Source: Lytechinus pictus | Lineage: Eukaryota | Assembly: GCF_037042905.1 (NCBI RefSeq) | Contig: NC_087248.1 | Location: 6,386,001 to 6,450,000 of the forward strand | Reading direction: 5' to 3' | DNA: 64,000 nt | Shown here: piece after piece, positions 49,001 through 62,242 of the stretch | How the letters are laid out: every line of letters begins with the position of its first letter | Numbering within the stretch: the first letter of the stretch is position 1 | The notes under the pieces: model-generated | What the model was told of the DNA's origin: nothing | The model's database searches: none | The model's input: only the letters and a program-made list of their open reading frames with translations | Program-made: the position numbers and the translations under genes

Positions 49001-50724
49001 AACTATAGAACATTTTTAGAAATGACACTCTTAAATAATAATGATAGATATCTTGATTATGTAAGTATATATTCATGCTTAACATAAAACTTAACATACA
49101 TTAAGAATTTAATAAATTATTGATTCATGCTATCATATGTTTTCCATTACATTTGATATGTTACTGATAATCAAGGAAATATTTTTAAATCTCTTCAGCC
49201 TGGAGGTTGTATATTTTTCACCTCCGTGAACCAGACGTGGCTGTCCTATGCTTTAGGTATCGTCATGGCTGAGAAAGTCTTAGGTCTAGTCCCTGATGGA
49301 ACTCATGATTGGAATAAGTTTGTCAGTCCAGCTTACATTCAAAGAGTTCTGGAAGAAAGTGAGTACTATATTACAAAATTAACAATGGATATTGTTAAGA
49401 TGCATGGTGTAGTTAAAGGAGAATGAAACTCTTGGAGCAAGTTAGCTTTTGTGAAAGCAGAAAAATCAAAGAATAAGATCAACAAAAGCTTGAGTAAAAT
49501 AGAACTAGCAATAGAAGAGTTATGAGCATTTGAATGTCGAGATCACTAATGCTATGGAGATCCTCCCATTGGCAATGCGACCAAGATATATGATGTCACT
49601 GATGAACAACTCTCCCCTTTTGGACACTGAAAATATACCCCAAAACATCTCTTTTTGCTCATTCTAATCATATGACAAACGATTCATCAATGATATAATG
49701 TTGTAAAACCTCTGTACTTGTCCTCTCATAAAGAGAACACCTCACCTTGTGATAAACTCTATAAAAGTGAGAATATAAGTGAAATAAGTACTAAAGTAAT
49801 GAGGGAGTTGTACGTGTGTGACATCACAGATCTTGGTCGCATTGCCAATGGGAGGATCTACATGGCATTAGTAATCTCAATATTCAAATGCGTATAACTT
49901 TCTTATTATTCATTCAATCTTCCTCAAACTTTCAACAATATGTTTCTTTGATTTTTCTCTTTGATATGGATTCAGCTGGTTTCAAGGGTTTCATTCTCCT
50001 TTAAGATCCACCTTGTTTATCTAAGCAAATCTCAATAATTGCTCTATTGCTAACAGAAGAAATTTGTTCTTAATGACTAGTAGTTGCCAGAGAAAAATGT
50101 GTAATGTGTAAGATATACAGGTATGCATGATTATAAAGAGCAATTTAACAGAATAAACCGAACATCCTAATTGAGATATAGTACCTTTAAAACATATAGA
50201 ACCGAGTTCTTAAATAGGAATATTAATTTGCCTCAGATGATACTATATGATACTATGCAAGAGCTTGTAACCCTGACCGGGGTGCCTCGGACTTCGGCTT
50301 GGCGACCCTTGGCTATTTTTCAGATGTTTTTCAGAGGGGAATATAATACCCGATCTGGTGAAGGCAATCAGTGTATTATATTCCCAAAATAAAAGTTTCT
50401 TAGTATTATCCAAATCAGACATTTCTTGCAAATCTCATAAAGATTAAAAAATTACAACCAAAGCTTGTACTTTACAATACTTGCTCTTTCAACACGACTT
50501 TAATTTACTATGTGATTTGAATTTTATTTCATTTGTATCTTTAAACATTTGCTCTTTGTCCCCCTTCTCACTCTTCTCTTTCAGGTAATTGCTCAGTGAG
50601 ACTCACCCACGGTATGATGTACAACCCTATTACTAAGCATTGGTCATGGATGGAAGACACAAGTGTGAACTATGCATTGTGTGCAGTGAAGAGAACGTTT
50701 TCAGAGGAAGAGCATGCAGCTTGA
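46002..50724 (+). CDS. COQ3: Ubiquinone biosynthesis O-methyltransferase, mitochondrial; exons 46002-46180, 46912-47041, 47551-47697, 48179-48421, 49199-49358, 50585-50724 (332 aa)
   Basis: Arg/Ser-rich presequence, TMDQEELEKF...FW...GDFQALHSMNDLRVPLIRD, SAM motif IVDVGCGGGILAEPLARLGA, FDAVVCSEVLEHV, KPGG, GTHDWNKFV, YNPITKHWSW...VNY. All introns are GT-AG with consistent phases (999 nt total). Exon 1 is the least certain. Confidence 0.95.
47385..47550. repeat. CT-rich microsatellite / long polypyrimidine tract before COQ3 exon 3
   Basis: (CT)n runs visible directly. Confidence 0.75.
49417..50000. mobile_element. Kolobok-type MITE (584 bp) in COQ3 intron 5
   Basis: ttaa|AGGAGAATGAAAC...GTTTCATTCTCCT|ttaa; near-identical reverse complement of 7486-8069. 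Confidence 0.85.
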
Positions 50725-51007
50725 TGAGGCATTTGAATCCAGTCACACTGGTAAAGCTGACAACAGAGAGACAATTGAAATTCATTACCTCGAATGAGCA
50801 AGAAGTGATCTGTTCAGTATTTGTGACTGAGGCTTGTGATCAAGCAGAGAGGGGACTCTTATCGGCATCACAATTTTCTAACAGTATATGCAATGTGTGT
50901 GATCTTTATTGTCATCGTCGTAGTAACACACAGACACTATTCCTGTGATGGTATGTAGTATTCAGTTACAGGGAGGGCCTTGTCATCATTGTAATGCCAA
51001 GCCATTT

Positions 51008-51462
51008 TTATACGCCCGTCTAGACGGGACATATTATGGTATCACGCTCGGTGTCCGTCCGTCTGTCTGTCTGTACATGTGTCTGTCCGTTAACTTTTCC
51101 TTGTAAACGCGATAACTTCAGTTTAACTTAACCTAGGCTCATATAATTCGGTGTGTATGATACTAGCATGAATCCCAGGGAGCCTATTGATTTTGAGATC
51201 AAAAGGTCAAGGTCACACTGACATGTTTTCATCTTACCCTTCTGAAGTCTTGTAAATGCAATAACTTCAGTTTAACTTAACCTATAGGCTCATATAATTT
51301 GGTGTGTATGATACCATCATAGATCCCAAGAATTCTTTTGATTTTGAGGTCAGACAGTCAATGGTGAAGTCGCCACCTTCCACTTTTCTTGCTTGACCAA
51401 TATCTCAATTTTCTGCAATACAGGCGGGCGTATTATGTGCTAGCCATAGCAACACTCTTGTT
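51008..51462 (+). mobile_element. DINE-1-like Helentron-associated element (HINE)
   Basis: 5' TTATACGCCCGTC-tagacggg hairpin, (GTCY)n microsatellite, two ~160-bp core repeats, 3' subterminal IR CGGGCGTATTA plus a stem-loop. Inserted in T runs. Confidence 0.85.
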
Positions 51463-52651
51463 TTGTGATGGTATATAGTATTCACTTCTAAAAGAGGGTT
51501 GATTCCTTATTGTCATCATAATAGTAATAATGAAACACTGTTCTTGCGACAGAACTTACCATTCACTTCCAAAGAGGGTTGGAACTGGTGCCTTTTGTTG
51601 TGGCGAAAGTCATTAAGTTATTTAGTAGGCAATAGCAAAGATTTAATATTGCCGGGTATGTGTTTAAAATGGTTTGGAGAAGGTGGTGTATTGGCAAAAG
51701 TTATGGACGCTCGTGTTAAACTTTATTAGAAGTTGTTTTGACTTAAAGCCAAGCTTAGACCAGTTAGGATGTGGATATTGACAAATATTTACTGGTACTA
51801 GTTGTGCAATGTATTATGTTCCATTCAATTCAATTCATTTATTAACCATCTAAATTTATGTTTTGTCACATTTATGCATTTATATATTATGTTATTTTAC
51901 ATTGTATTTAAATATTTTTTATATGGTTAATAAATGAATTGAATCGCAAATTAAGATTTACATGTAAATCCTGTAAATAACAAACAGTAAATGTTTGTTG
52001 AATATGCTGTCATGATGTTAGATCGCTTGAAGTTTGACTACATGGTAATTAGACAGATCATGTGATAATTTACCATAATCAAGAATGTACCCTCTTATAT
52101 CAACATTTTCAGTTTGCAATGGAAGTTGAATTTGTAAATCTTTGCATTGAAACATAATATTTGGACAAGGCTCAAATGAAAATTCATGGCATAAGTTTGG
52201 TTTTCCTTCTTTTCTAACCAATCTCTAATTTCTTTTTTTTTTTTTACAAAATATATCTCCTTGACTCTCTGAATTTCTTCTTGCTTTTGTTTTTTTCATT
52301 GAATAGAAGCCTCGTTTCATAAATCTTATTAGTAAATATGCGAGTACTCATTGCTCTTTGCCAATCACATGGCACAAAAGCAGTAACTTTGAATGGTAGA
52401 TTATACCTTGCATAGATAACAAGTTTGATGATACATTTCCCTGTTCATCATTTACAATGAATAATTCAAATTATTGTGCATTTCATAAATAATAAAAATC
52501 ATATTTTCCTTCCTTTTCTGCTTCTCAATTATAAAAAACAATTATAAAGTCAGTGACTCGTTTAAAAAAGAAATTAAGATTAGAACTTGTCCATTATGAA
52601 CTATCATATATTGATTGTTTTGTTGTTGTTTTTTTTTAGTTCTTTTACCTC

Positions 52652-52812
52652 NNNNNNNNNNNNNNNNNNNNNNNNNNNNNNNNNNNNNNNNNNNNNNNNN
52701 NNNNNNNNNNNNNNNNNNNNNNNNNNNNNNNNNNNNNNNNNNNNNNNNNNNNNNNNNNNNNNNNNNNNNNNNNNNNNNNNNNNNNNNNNNNNNNNNNNNN
52801 NNNNNNNNNNNN
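52652..52812. other. Assembly gap (N run)
   Basis: Run of n characters. Confidence 1.
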
Positions 52813-53090
52813 AACACAAAGGTTAGTGATTATTCACTAACTGAAATGACCTATCAATTAAGATCATTGTTGCATGTGCATTTGGAGTGTGGACCAATTT
52901 TCTAAAACAATTATGTTTATTATTTTCAAAACTCACTTTTTCCAGGGGGGGGGTGACCCTCCCCTCCCTAGATCTGCCCATGTGAGAATGATTAAGAGCA
53001 GAAATAAAACAAGAACAAAGTAATGTAAACTTGGAAGCATGTTCCATAAATCTTGAATTCAACAAAAATGTACCCCCCCCCCATTTTATC

Positions 53091-53749
53091 GGGGTCCACC
53101 CGCTAGTCATAAGGACTACTGGTCATAATACCCGATAGTCAAAAGGACCGCTAGTCATAATAGTCATAAGGGTCTATGTTCACAGAGGTCGCTAGTCGTA
53201 ATCAACGATGAGGGTCGCCATTCATAATCAAAGAGGGTCACTAGTCATAATCAAGCAAGTGTGTCACTAGTCATAAGGAGGAAAGGGGTTCGTTAATCAT
53301 AAGGTTCGCTAGTCATAATAGTAGAAGAGGGTTGCCAGTCATAATAACTGAATGACTGGCGCGAACCTCTTATACTATTATGACTAGCGAACCTCTTCAC
53401 CTATTATGACTGGCGACCCTTATGATTAATGTACACCTTTTCCTTTTTATGACTAGCGACCCTCATCTATTATGAATACCGATCCTCCTTGTCGATTATG
53501 ACCAGCGATCCTTATGATCAATGACCATTATGGTCTATTATAACGATCCTTGTGATCAATGACCGTTATGGTCTATTATGAATAACGACCCTCATCTTGT
53601 ATTATGAATATCGGACCTTTGACTCATGGTCCTTATGACCTTATTATAGTGACCCCTTATTTCCCTATTATGACTAGCAAACTTTTGGGTATAGGATTTT
53701 GCACGTTATGACTAGTGGTCCTTATGACTAGCATTAGCGGGCTTACCCC
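53091..53749. mobile_element. Foldback/MULE-like non-autonomous element with 9-bp TSD
   Basis: Ends GGGGTCCACCCGCTA / TAGCGGGCTTACCCC; many GCTAGTCATAA motifs on the left and TTATGACTAGC on the right; flanks cattttatc / catcttatc (8 of 9 match). Confidence 0.8.
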
Positions 53750-54399
53750 CATCTTATCAATGTCCAATAACTGAATAGAATGACTAAAAAAATAACTGAA
53801 ATTTAAAGATATTAAAGAAGATGAATATATATTGACCAAGGAAATTGAATGTATGAAAGCTTTAATACTTTTTTCTATGAGCTGAAGTTTTTTTTTGCTG
53901 CTGTTGTTGTTCTTTGCTATTTAGTAATCATTCCCAATTGATTGAAGTGTTAGTTCTTAAATAGTTTAAAGATTAAAAATTATCATCGTTCAAACTCGGT
54001 GAATAAATCCCGTGGAATAAAGTATTGCTATATTCATCAAAATAACGAAACTAAGGCCAGCTAGATTAAGATACTCGAACTGCTTTTATTAATTTGAATT
54101 TTTCTACTGGGTATTTTAATGTTTGCTCGGTGTTTGCTCCATTATTTTGATGGGGGAGGCTTGGACCCCCGTCTCCCCCCCCCCAAAAAAAAAAAAAAAA
54201 TCACAACCAAGCAAAATGGGGGAAAAGATAGAAAAGAAAATTAGAAACTGGTGACTTCTTTCTTCATGCTCAGCCCTTTCAGAAAAAGATTTTATCGGGA
54301 AAGTGATGAAAATCAATACAGAAACAACTAACTTGACACCCACCATCTCGCCCATCCCCCCTCCCCATCCCTTTTATCTCGCTCGTACAGGTATTTTCA

Positions 54400-54643
54400 A
54401 CGCGACAGGTGCATCAGACGCCATTTGTCCAATCAGCGCTCTAGTACGTTGCCCTAGCCACCGCGTCTGAATGACGTCATAATCATAATTCGCACAACTA
54501 TACCTTTGCTTTTGTACTCTGTTGATGATCACGCGCTGTGTGTCGCGATCGCGCCGGTACCGGGTGTTCTGCGATGCCCATGTATGCTTGCTCTTGCTAG
54601 CTAGCCCGCTAGCTCGGGGGAGATCAAGACAGATATCCGGGTG
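54400..54643 (+). promoter_or_regulatory. Candidate promoter and non-coding first exon of the MATCAP-like gene
   Basis: CCAAT at 54429, perfect CRE TGACGTCA at 54472, CpG-rich sequence and a strong donor GTG|gtaagt after 54643. Confidence 0.55.
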
Positions 54644-56327
54644 GTAAGTACCGGTGTTCAATATGGCAGGTGAAATGTTTTAGTGTTTCTGTTTGATTAC
54701 GGTGCTATTTACGCATCTACTATTGTATAAATACCCATGCTCTTTTGCTTTTAATTTCATCATCGATCTTGTAAACCAATATTCAGTTAGTTTTGTCAAT
54801 TTTCCAACTCCACTAGTGACTATATGTATCAGTACACTCATCTATCAAAATATTCACAATCAAATCTCGCTCACTCGCTGACACTGTATGTTTTCATTTC
54901 AGGTTTCATTTATAGCTTATTGGATACTTTGATCTAGTTTATTGTATTCATATGATAAGAAATATACAAACATGTTCAGATGTTTATGTAATTTGAAGTT
55001 GAGGCATAGACCCCATACATAGACACAAATGAATATTGATTTATTTGCATTGCAGGTTCTCTCGCCCTTGTCGTTGTGGCTTGTGTTTTATTGTCTGTTA
55101 TTGACTGACCTGTCTGACCACAATTTTATTGTCATCTCTTTAATATATTACTTGTAATAGACTCGGAAACAACAGTAGGAAAAACTTGTTATTGTGACAC
55201 AAGTTGGCCACCCTGATACATAAAATATGAATACCCGGTAATTAACATTGTCATTGTATAGTATTGAATATGTTAGGTTTCAGAAATATTTCCAAGGTCT
55301 TATTTGAATTGTACATTTACTCTGCAGTTCTACAATTGTGTGCAATTGTTGACATTTCTATTAAATGAAGTATATATATATATATGTGCATGCATCCACC
55401 CTTTATTATGCAACCTGCATGCATGAAATTCAATAATAAGTAAATTAGTCAAGTTGAAACCAGATCTACCAGAAGGAATTAATGACAATTAAGAAGTCTC
55501 TAACAGTTACACTTACAGGCTTGCCTTCTTCTGTATACTGATGATGATGATGATATGCCCTTTTTTATTTAGATTTTAATGTGTCCATTTTCAAAATTCA
55601 ATATTCTTCGTCTGGAAACGGTACAGGCCACCGTCTGGTGTATTGTCGTAATGGTGAACCTTGAAAAGTAATCCCTTTCAGCAGCTTCAAAGCTATCCTG
55701 GGATGAAAACATTCTGTGTATCAGTGCGAGGTGCCATGGTGAAGTAATTTGAAATTTCAATTATATACATTAAAAGTGAATGTGCACCATGCAAGTAAAA
55801 ACTGCCTCTTGATTTACAGCATAAGAGAGCCAACAGGAGGCTGCATCACGTGGATGAATGGCAGTGCGGCCTCTCTAAATACAGCTGGGTTTGTACCTAT
55901 TACAACAGGTCCTGGTAGGTGATTCCAAATTTTGACAGTATGTAGGAAGAAAGAGAACTTGTATGCATCAGTGGTTGCTTTCGGTATAGCATATTTAAGG
56001 CTATTGAAGTGCAGCGTGCAAGTGTATGTACATCATTTGATAAAAAAATTGCTTACAGCATGTACAGTGTGCAAGTTAAAACAACCTATGTTATTATCAG
56101 AGCTGGATCTTTTGTACCACTTGTTTCAAAGATATGTAGAGACTCTAGAGAGGTACAATTCACAAATCTAGCTATAAATGCAACTTTTTACCATCTTTTT
56201 TATATCCAGACATATACTGTAGATCGATACAGTCTCAGGCAGCATGAAGGAGATGAGGATAACAGGTATTTACTAGATTGAAAAAAACCAAGGGCTTTGG
56301 CCCGCCCGCCCTCCCCGAGTTAATAGG

Positions 56328-59300
56328 ATGAGGAAGAAGCGATCCAAGACCCGGCTGGACTCAGCTACCAGCAGTACCAGTGGGAGTGGTAGCAGTCGGT
56401 ATCAGCACCTCCATCAGGGTGTAAGAGGTCCAGCCAAAAAGGTGATCATCAAGAAGTATGATGAGACCCCGAACCGCTACCGGTCAAAGATCGATCCTGT
56501 CAACCTGGAGGAGCAGAAGATGCAGTTCTTGAAGCATGGACAGATTCCTCAGTTCCAGTTCAAGGTTGCACCAGAAAAGGTACTAAGCACCTATTAGCAG
56601 AAAAGAGAATCACCATCTGTTCTGATCACAGATGTGGGTGGAGCCTAGCCAAGAGGATTTTGTCATGATATTTTAATAAATAGGATATTTACATTGTCAA
56701 TGTCAATGTCATATCTATAAAAAATATCATGGAGTCCTCTTGTCTAGGTGGAGCCAACATAGTTCAGCAGAACAACCAAACAGTACGCCTACATGGAAAC
56801 TAAAGCTTTAGGTCTAAATACCACCACCTTTTTCCATTTCAGTGCTCCGTAACGCAAAGATAAGCTATCAATCGCTAAATGGTCTGACCAGTCAAGATCA
56901 CTGTTACACACGCATTCACTTCAATATACTTACGAGAAACCAATCAGAAGTGTTCTTTTATATTTGCTATTCATCGCTAAGCTTTGTGTTACGGGCCCCT
57001 GGTCTCTAATCTTATACCCAGGGGTCTATTCTCCTTCAGAGGCTGAGTTCTGAGAAGGATGTTGTCCTAGACTGTTAGGATAGAATTTCATAAGTGATGT
57101 AAATTCTATCCTAACATTAGGCCTACTGAAGTTGCAATTTTAATACTTTTTTGTTCTTCTAGTTCGATTGCCGTTTGTTCAATATTCCAAGTTCATTTTA
57201 TTTGGCAAGACCTTTATGTCAATTTGCCCATTTCCCCATATATTGGGTGGATCGTTAGGGTCCATTCCGTATGGATAGAGATAAGGAAGCTCAAAATCTC
57301 TTTTCAATGTAATTGAGACATTCTTCTATGAAATCAGTTATGATCTTGGAGTACTATTTACCATTTGATTCTTAGCATTCTGAAAAATAGAAAATGAGCT
57401 GATAAAATTCTTAGATAAAACATATTTTGTTTCAATGGGATAAAGTGACTATATGTTTGACATACATTTCTTTATTCAGATTGAGGAGATGTCACACAGC
57501 AAAAAAGCAGAGATTGAGTTCACCCTGATGGAAGAAGCTACATGGATCCTGGAGAAGGTTCGTCAGAAGTACGGTCCGGGAAGTCTGTTTGTAGAGCAGA
57601 TGTATGGGGAGAGGATCACTGCTGAGAAGGCAAACAAGAAACTCAGTCGATACCTGAAGCAGAGTGGCTTTGACAACCAGATCAGCATTGGATGGAGTAA
57701 AGACCTAGCCTGCAGGTGGGATATACCAACAGATGTATGGACAGGAGTATGGATGTTTTACAAATCTGTTCATAAAGTTAAACCCAATATTAAAAATGAT
57801 GAGTGTATGGCAAGCCAAGAGTGTGTCGCATTTGTACTACATGAAGTTGAAAATTGCAGATAATGATTATGATAATAACAATTGATCAACATTTTTCAGT
57901 TCATTTTGAAGGTAATAGTATATTTCATATTGTAAGATAATTTAAATTACAGTCATAATTTGTTGATATCTCAGGGAAAGCTTTAAGGCCTTTTGTTAGC
58001 AGACATGCTCTTATACAAGTGATTAATAGCAATTATTCAATTTTTCTGGTTTGTTTCAATATATTTCCTTCTTGGTTTGATTATTATTCTCTGGCTATTC
58101 TGATAATCTTGTATCAACACACAAAGACAATCATTCTGCATGTATTGAAACTGAATATGCTCTTAATGCTACTAGATTTAAATCTATCTCCTTTGTAGAA
58201 TAAAAATAAACTCAAAATATTGACCATTCATTCCAGAAGGTTGATGTTTTTCATCTTATTCTTCAATATCTAGTGCAAAGATGGCTTGGTATGGTCCTAA
58301 TGCCAGAGCAAACAGACCTGAAGCAAGGAAGTATTCTCTCTGGCTCAAAGACTCAACTGAAAATCTCTTCCTGAGGGAGACGGGAATCATCTGCCTCGCT
58401 GATCATGAGATTGGAACTCATTTTGTATCCTTACAATTGTCGTTACTAATATTCAAGTGTATAGGGAAGAAGAGTTGAGATGTGTTCATATCAGTCATTC
58501 TCAATAGGGAACACTGATCATTTCTTAACTGAGATTTCGGTAAACAGCACAGGCATGAAGAAAGAATGAATCTCAGTTGTAGTTGTGATTTACTGAAATT
58601 AATTCATCTAAATATGTGCATCACTGATATGGTGTGTTTTATTTGGAAAATTTGTGTGGATGTACAAACAATAATTTTTGTGCAGATAGGTACTATTATC
58701 CTAACCTTTTGTAGACCAAACCTGTATATACATTGTATGTAGGATATGATCTTTGGGAAATGTGTATTCTATCGTATTCAGCTATTCTCTAGATTGAAAT
58801 TAAAATTAAGATTAGTTGATGCCTTTCTGCCTCCCATGTATCTGAAAAAACACATTATCATTGAAGTTTGTGGATACTTTTGTCAGGTTGTCTCAGTTTC
58901 TACTTAATGTCACTCCTACTTTGATCTGGAGCCTGTACTCACACACCAAATTTCCTTAGCCTGGTTTACCTTAGCTTAGGACTGTGAATGATGGGATCCA
59001 GCCTTGGTTCTCTAATCGGGAACAGTTTGGTCTAAAGAAGTTTAGCTCCCATCTACTCTTAGAGACCGAAGAAGGTCTAGCAACCATCAACACTCTCATC
59101 CAGGCAAACAAGAAGTTCCTCTGGTTTCCAGCCATCCTCTACTGTAAGCTCACCCTTCTCTGCTAATCTTAATGTAGCTCATATCTTGTCATATGATACT
59201 GGCCTTTGCAATTGAATTATTCAAGTGCTGCTTAATGCAGATATGAGATAGGTGTAACATTACTGAAATATATAATGCAAATACAGTCAGTTAACCTCTT

Positions 59301-61538
59301 ATACATGTAAATAGATGAACAAAAATCCTATATTTTGTCATAGACTGTGATTTGATGATAACGAAGCCTTTTGTTGATATATTTGTTATTTATTTTAGTT
59401 GTGTGAGTTGAATCTGATAGTCATATTTTTTTTCTTCAGTCTTGCAGATTCAACTTGTTTGATTTTGACTACATAATTTTTCATCAAACATGTTATGATT
59501 ATTCTTAAGTTTTGATATTAATATGATTAATGAATTTCAAAGATGAAAAAGGTTTAACCAGAGCTCCATCATGCAATACTTTCTGCTTTATTAACAAGAT
59601 CTCATGTAGGCATTTCATTGAAGGTAATCTTTTAACTTAGATTTTTAAAATGTACCACCTAGCTGTTATTATTGAAGCCATAAACTGGCTCCCCATAATT
59701 TTAAGAGTTAGACCATGATCTAAGTTAAACCAGATTTTAGAACAATGCTGTTGGCCTCCCTTGAATCATGGTAATTTTTTTCATTTGATCATCCTTCAAT
59801 TCACTCTTCCTATGATTTTTCTTCCCATAGACACTGCCTGTAAGGCTGCTACTATGACCTTTGAAGAACTGTTTGCTCACCTGGGTCATTACATTGAGAA
59901 TCGTGAACTTAGATGGCGCTATGTAATGAGGGTCAAACGCAGTCTCCCGGACCCTGCCGGAGTAGGTGGATATGGAAATGATCAGTGCTACTTCAAAGGT
60001 AAAATTTGTTCTTGTAAAATTGTATTAAAGTGCTGGCTAGTTTGTTCCAGCTGTTGCTCATTGAAGTACAACATTCCTGGCATACATGTACCTCATCATG
60101 AAGGGAATCATCTGACAAGCAAATGTAGAGATCAAAGTTTACCGCAATTCTGGAAGCATTCTCCCATCCTTAAAATTCTGTGAGGGGTTCTTTTGAGAAA
60201 TCAAATAAAATAATGGTGGGAATATCTTGGGAGGGGGGTCATGCTGTATATAAAGTAACAGCAACTTTGAATATTAATGGAATGAAGTGGCAAGTGAATG
60301 CCCCAAATTGCTCATCTGAAATGTGACAAATATACTTTGCATTGTAAATATGTTATTAACATATGTTATTAACATTTTCATTATCTCTTTGGTTAGTGTG
60401 ATTAGAAATGAATGAGAGATCAAAATGGCTTTACAAACATCTTCATTGAACAAGTGTCAGCATGTAATCAAAGAACTTATGAGTGGTAGTTCCTGATTAG
60501 TAGTTTTCAAAGATTCTGATAAATGATGATTATATTATTCATTTTATTTTTTATGTAGGTGCAGCAGAAATCCTGCGAAGCATAAACACCATTGACTTCC
60601 ATCTTCTGTACGCAGGGAAGGTGTGTTTGGAATCCTTGCCTCGAATCCAGAGGATGGCGCGACTGGACTGCATCAGGATACCACACTTCATGCAGGACAT
60701 ATGTTCTTACCTAAGAACCCTCAGGACAATTGCCGCTACCAATGGACTAAACCTACCTCAGAAACCATCCATCATTCCCAAAGAAGTCAGCCTACGACGT
60801 AAGCCAAAGAAAACCAAGTCAGGTGGTGGCAAGAAGCGCAGGAACTCGTCCAAGGCCAAGGTTGACAAGGCGCCAAAGCCGCAGCAGTCTTCCAGTGATG
60901 AAATCCTCATCGTTCAAAATGACATCCTTGATTGCGATGAACAGGTTGATCTCATTTTCCAGCGGACCTATGACCAATCGGCGATGCTGAAGTTTTCCCC
61001 TTCCCTAGAGGCTATTCATGATCAGGGTACAAGTCTTGTTACAGGGTCCGGGAACACCTCACCCAGGGAATCCAGAGAGGCATGGGCCAGGAAATGTCTT
61101 TCAAAGTCTTACATTTATGCATATGACGACGATCATGGGGCATCATCAGAGCAATCTGTGCTCTCTGTCTCCTATGGAGAGAATGACCCTTCAATAGCTT
61201 CAGGTTTGCGTTGCCAGTCGCAGCCCACTATCATGAACATTTATGAAGACAGTCTACGTACCGACCAGAGCCAATATCACGGTACTAGCAATCGTGGTAT
61301 TAACCGCTTATCCCCTCTCAGTGGCACCCCATCCAAACAAAATGGCCTGAATCACAACTCCTCATCACAGACCAAAGTCAAGAGACCGGTATCCCCTCTC
61401 GGAGCTGGCATGCCCAATGTGATGCCTACTGTAAGCTCAAGATATAGACGTGAGAAGTGCGCATCTCCAGTCCCGTTCTCTTCTCACCGCTGGCTTCTTT
61501 TGAGGAGAGATAAATGTCCTCCCAACTCCATTCACTAA
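56328..61538 (+). CDS. MATCAP: MATCAP/KIAA0895-family microtubule-associated tyrosine carboxypeptidase-like protein; exons 56328-56579, 57480-57715, 58274-58424, 58975-59143, 59831-59998, 60559-61538 (~651 aa)
   Basis: PVNLEEQKMQFL...PQFQF, metalloprotease motif DHEIGTHFLR.VND..QPW (HExxxH), TEEGLA, TFEELF, RWRYVMRVKR, DQCYFKGAAEIL...IDFHLLYAGKV. The GT-AG introns have consistent phases. The start codon is uncertain. Confidence 0.88.
56845..57000. repeat. Short palindromic MITE in intron
   Basis: ccgtaacgcaaagataagc mirrored by gctaagctttgtgttacgg; a second hairpin lies at ~56635-56755. Confidence 0.55.
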
Positions 61539-61667
61539 CGTACCTTAATACAATTCTGAGCTGCTTTTTTTTTTCAGCAGGAATCCCGTGCAGTGTCTTC
61601 ATCACCAAACCTCCCTCTTGGGCACAGGTCAACAATATTGAATGCAGACACTAAAGACGACACTTAA

Positions 61668-62242
61668 AGGAGAAGTCCACTCCAACAAAAAGAAAAATCC
61701 AACAAACACAACACTGAAAATTTCATCAAAATCGGATGGAAAATAAGAAAGTTATGACATTATAAAGTTTCACTTAATTTTACAAAACAGTTATACGCAC
61801 ATCCTGGTCTATATGCAAATAAGGAAAGTGATTACATCATCCACTCACTATTTCTTTTGTATCTTATTATATGAAATATGGAATATTCTAATTTTCTCCT
61901 CATTGCCAAGTAAAACAACGATTAATTCCTCCCTGAATATGTGGAATTAGCATTGTTTAATACTATATGGTTCAGTCAAGTTGGTCCTTATTGTCAAATT
62001 TGTAAAAAATGAAATATTGTATAATTCAAGCAATAAAATACAAAAGAAATAGGGAGTGAGGGACATCATCGACTATCTCATTTGCATGTCACTCGGTTGT
62101 GCATATCACTGTTTTGTGAAAAATAATCGAAACTTTAAAATGTCTTATTTTACATCCGATTTTGATGAAATTTTCAGTGTTGTGCTAGTTTGATTTTTCT
62201 CTATTTATTCAAATCAACATTTTTCTGGGGTGGACTTGACCT
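61668..62242. mobile_element. Kolobok-type MITE just downstream of the MATCAP-like stop codon
   Basis: ttaa|AGGAGAAGTCCACTCC...GGGGTGGACTTGACCT|tgaa; same family as 15217-15814. Confidence 0.8.

Noticed and set aside
52542-52905. ORFs containing poly-X
   Set aside because: Artefacts of the assembly gap.
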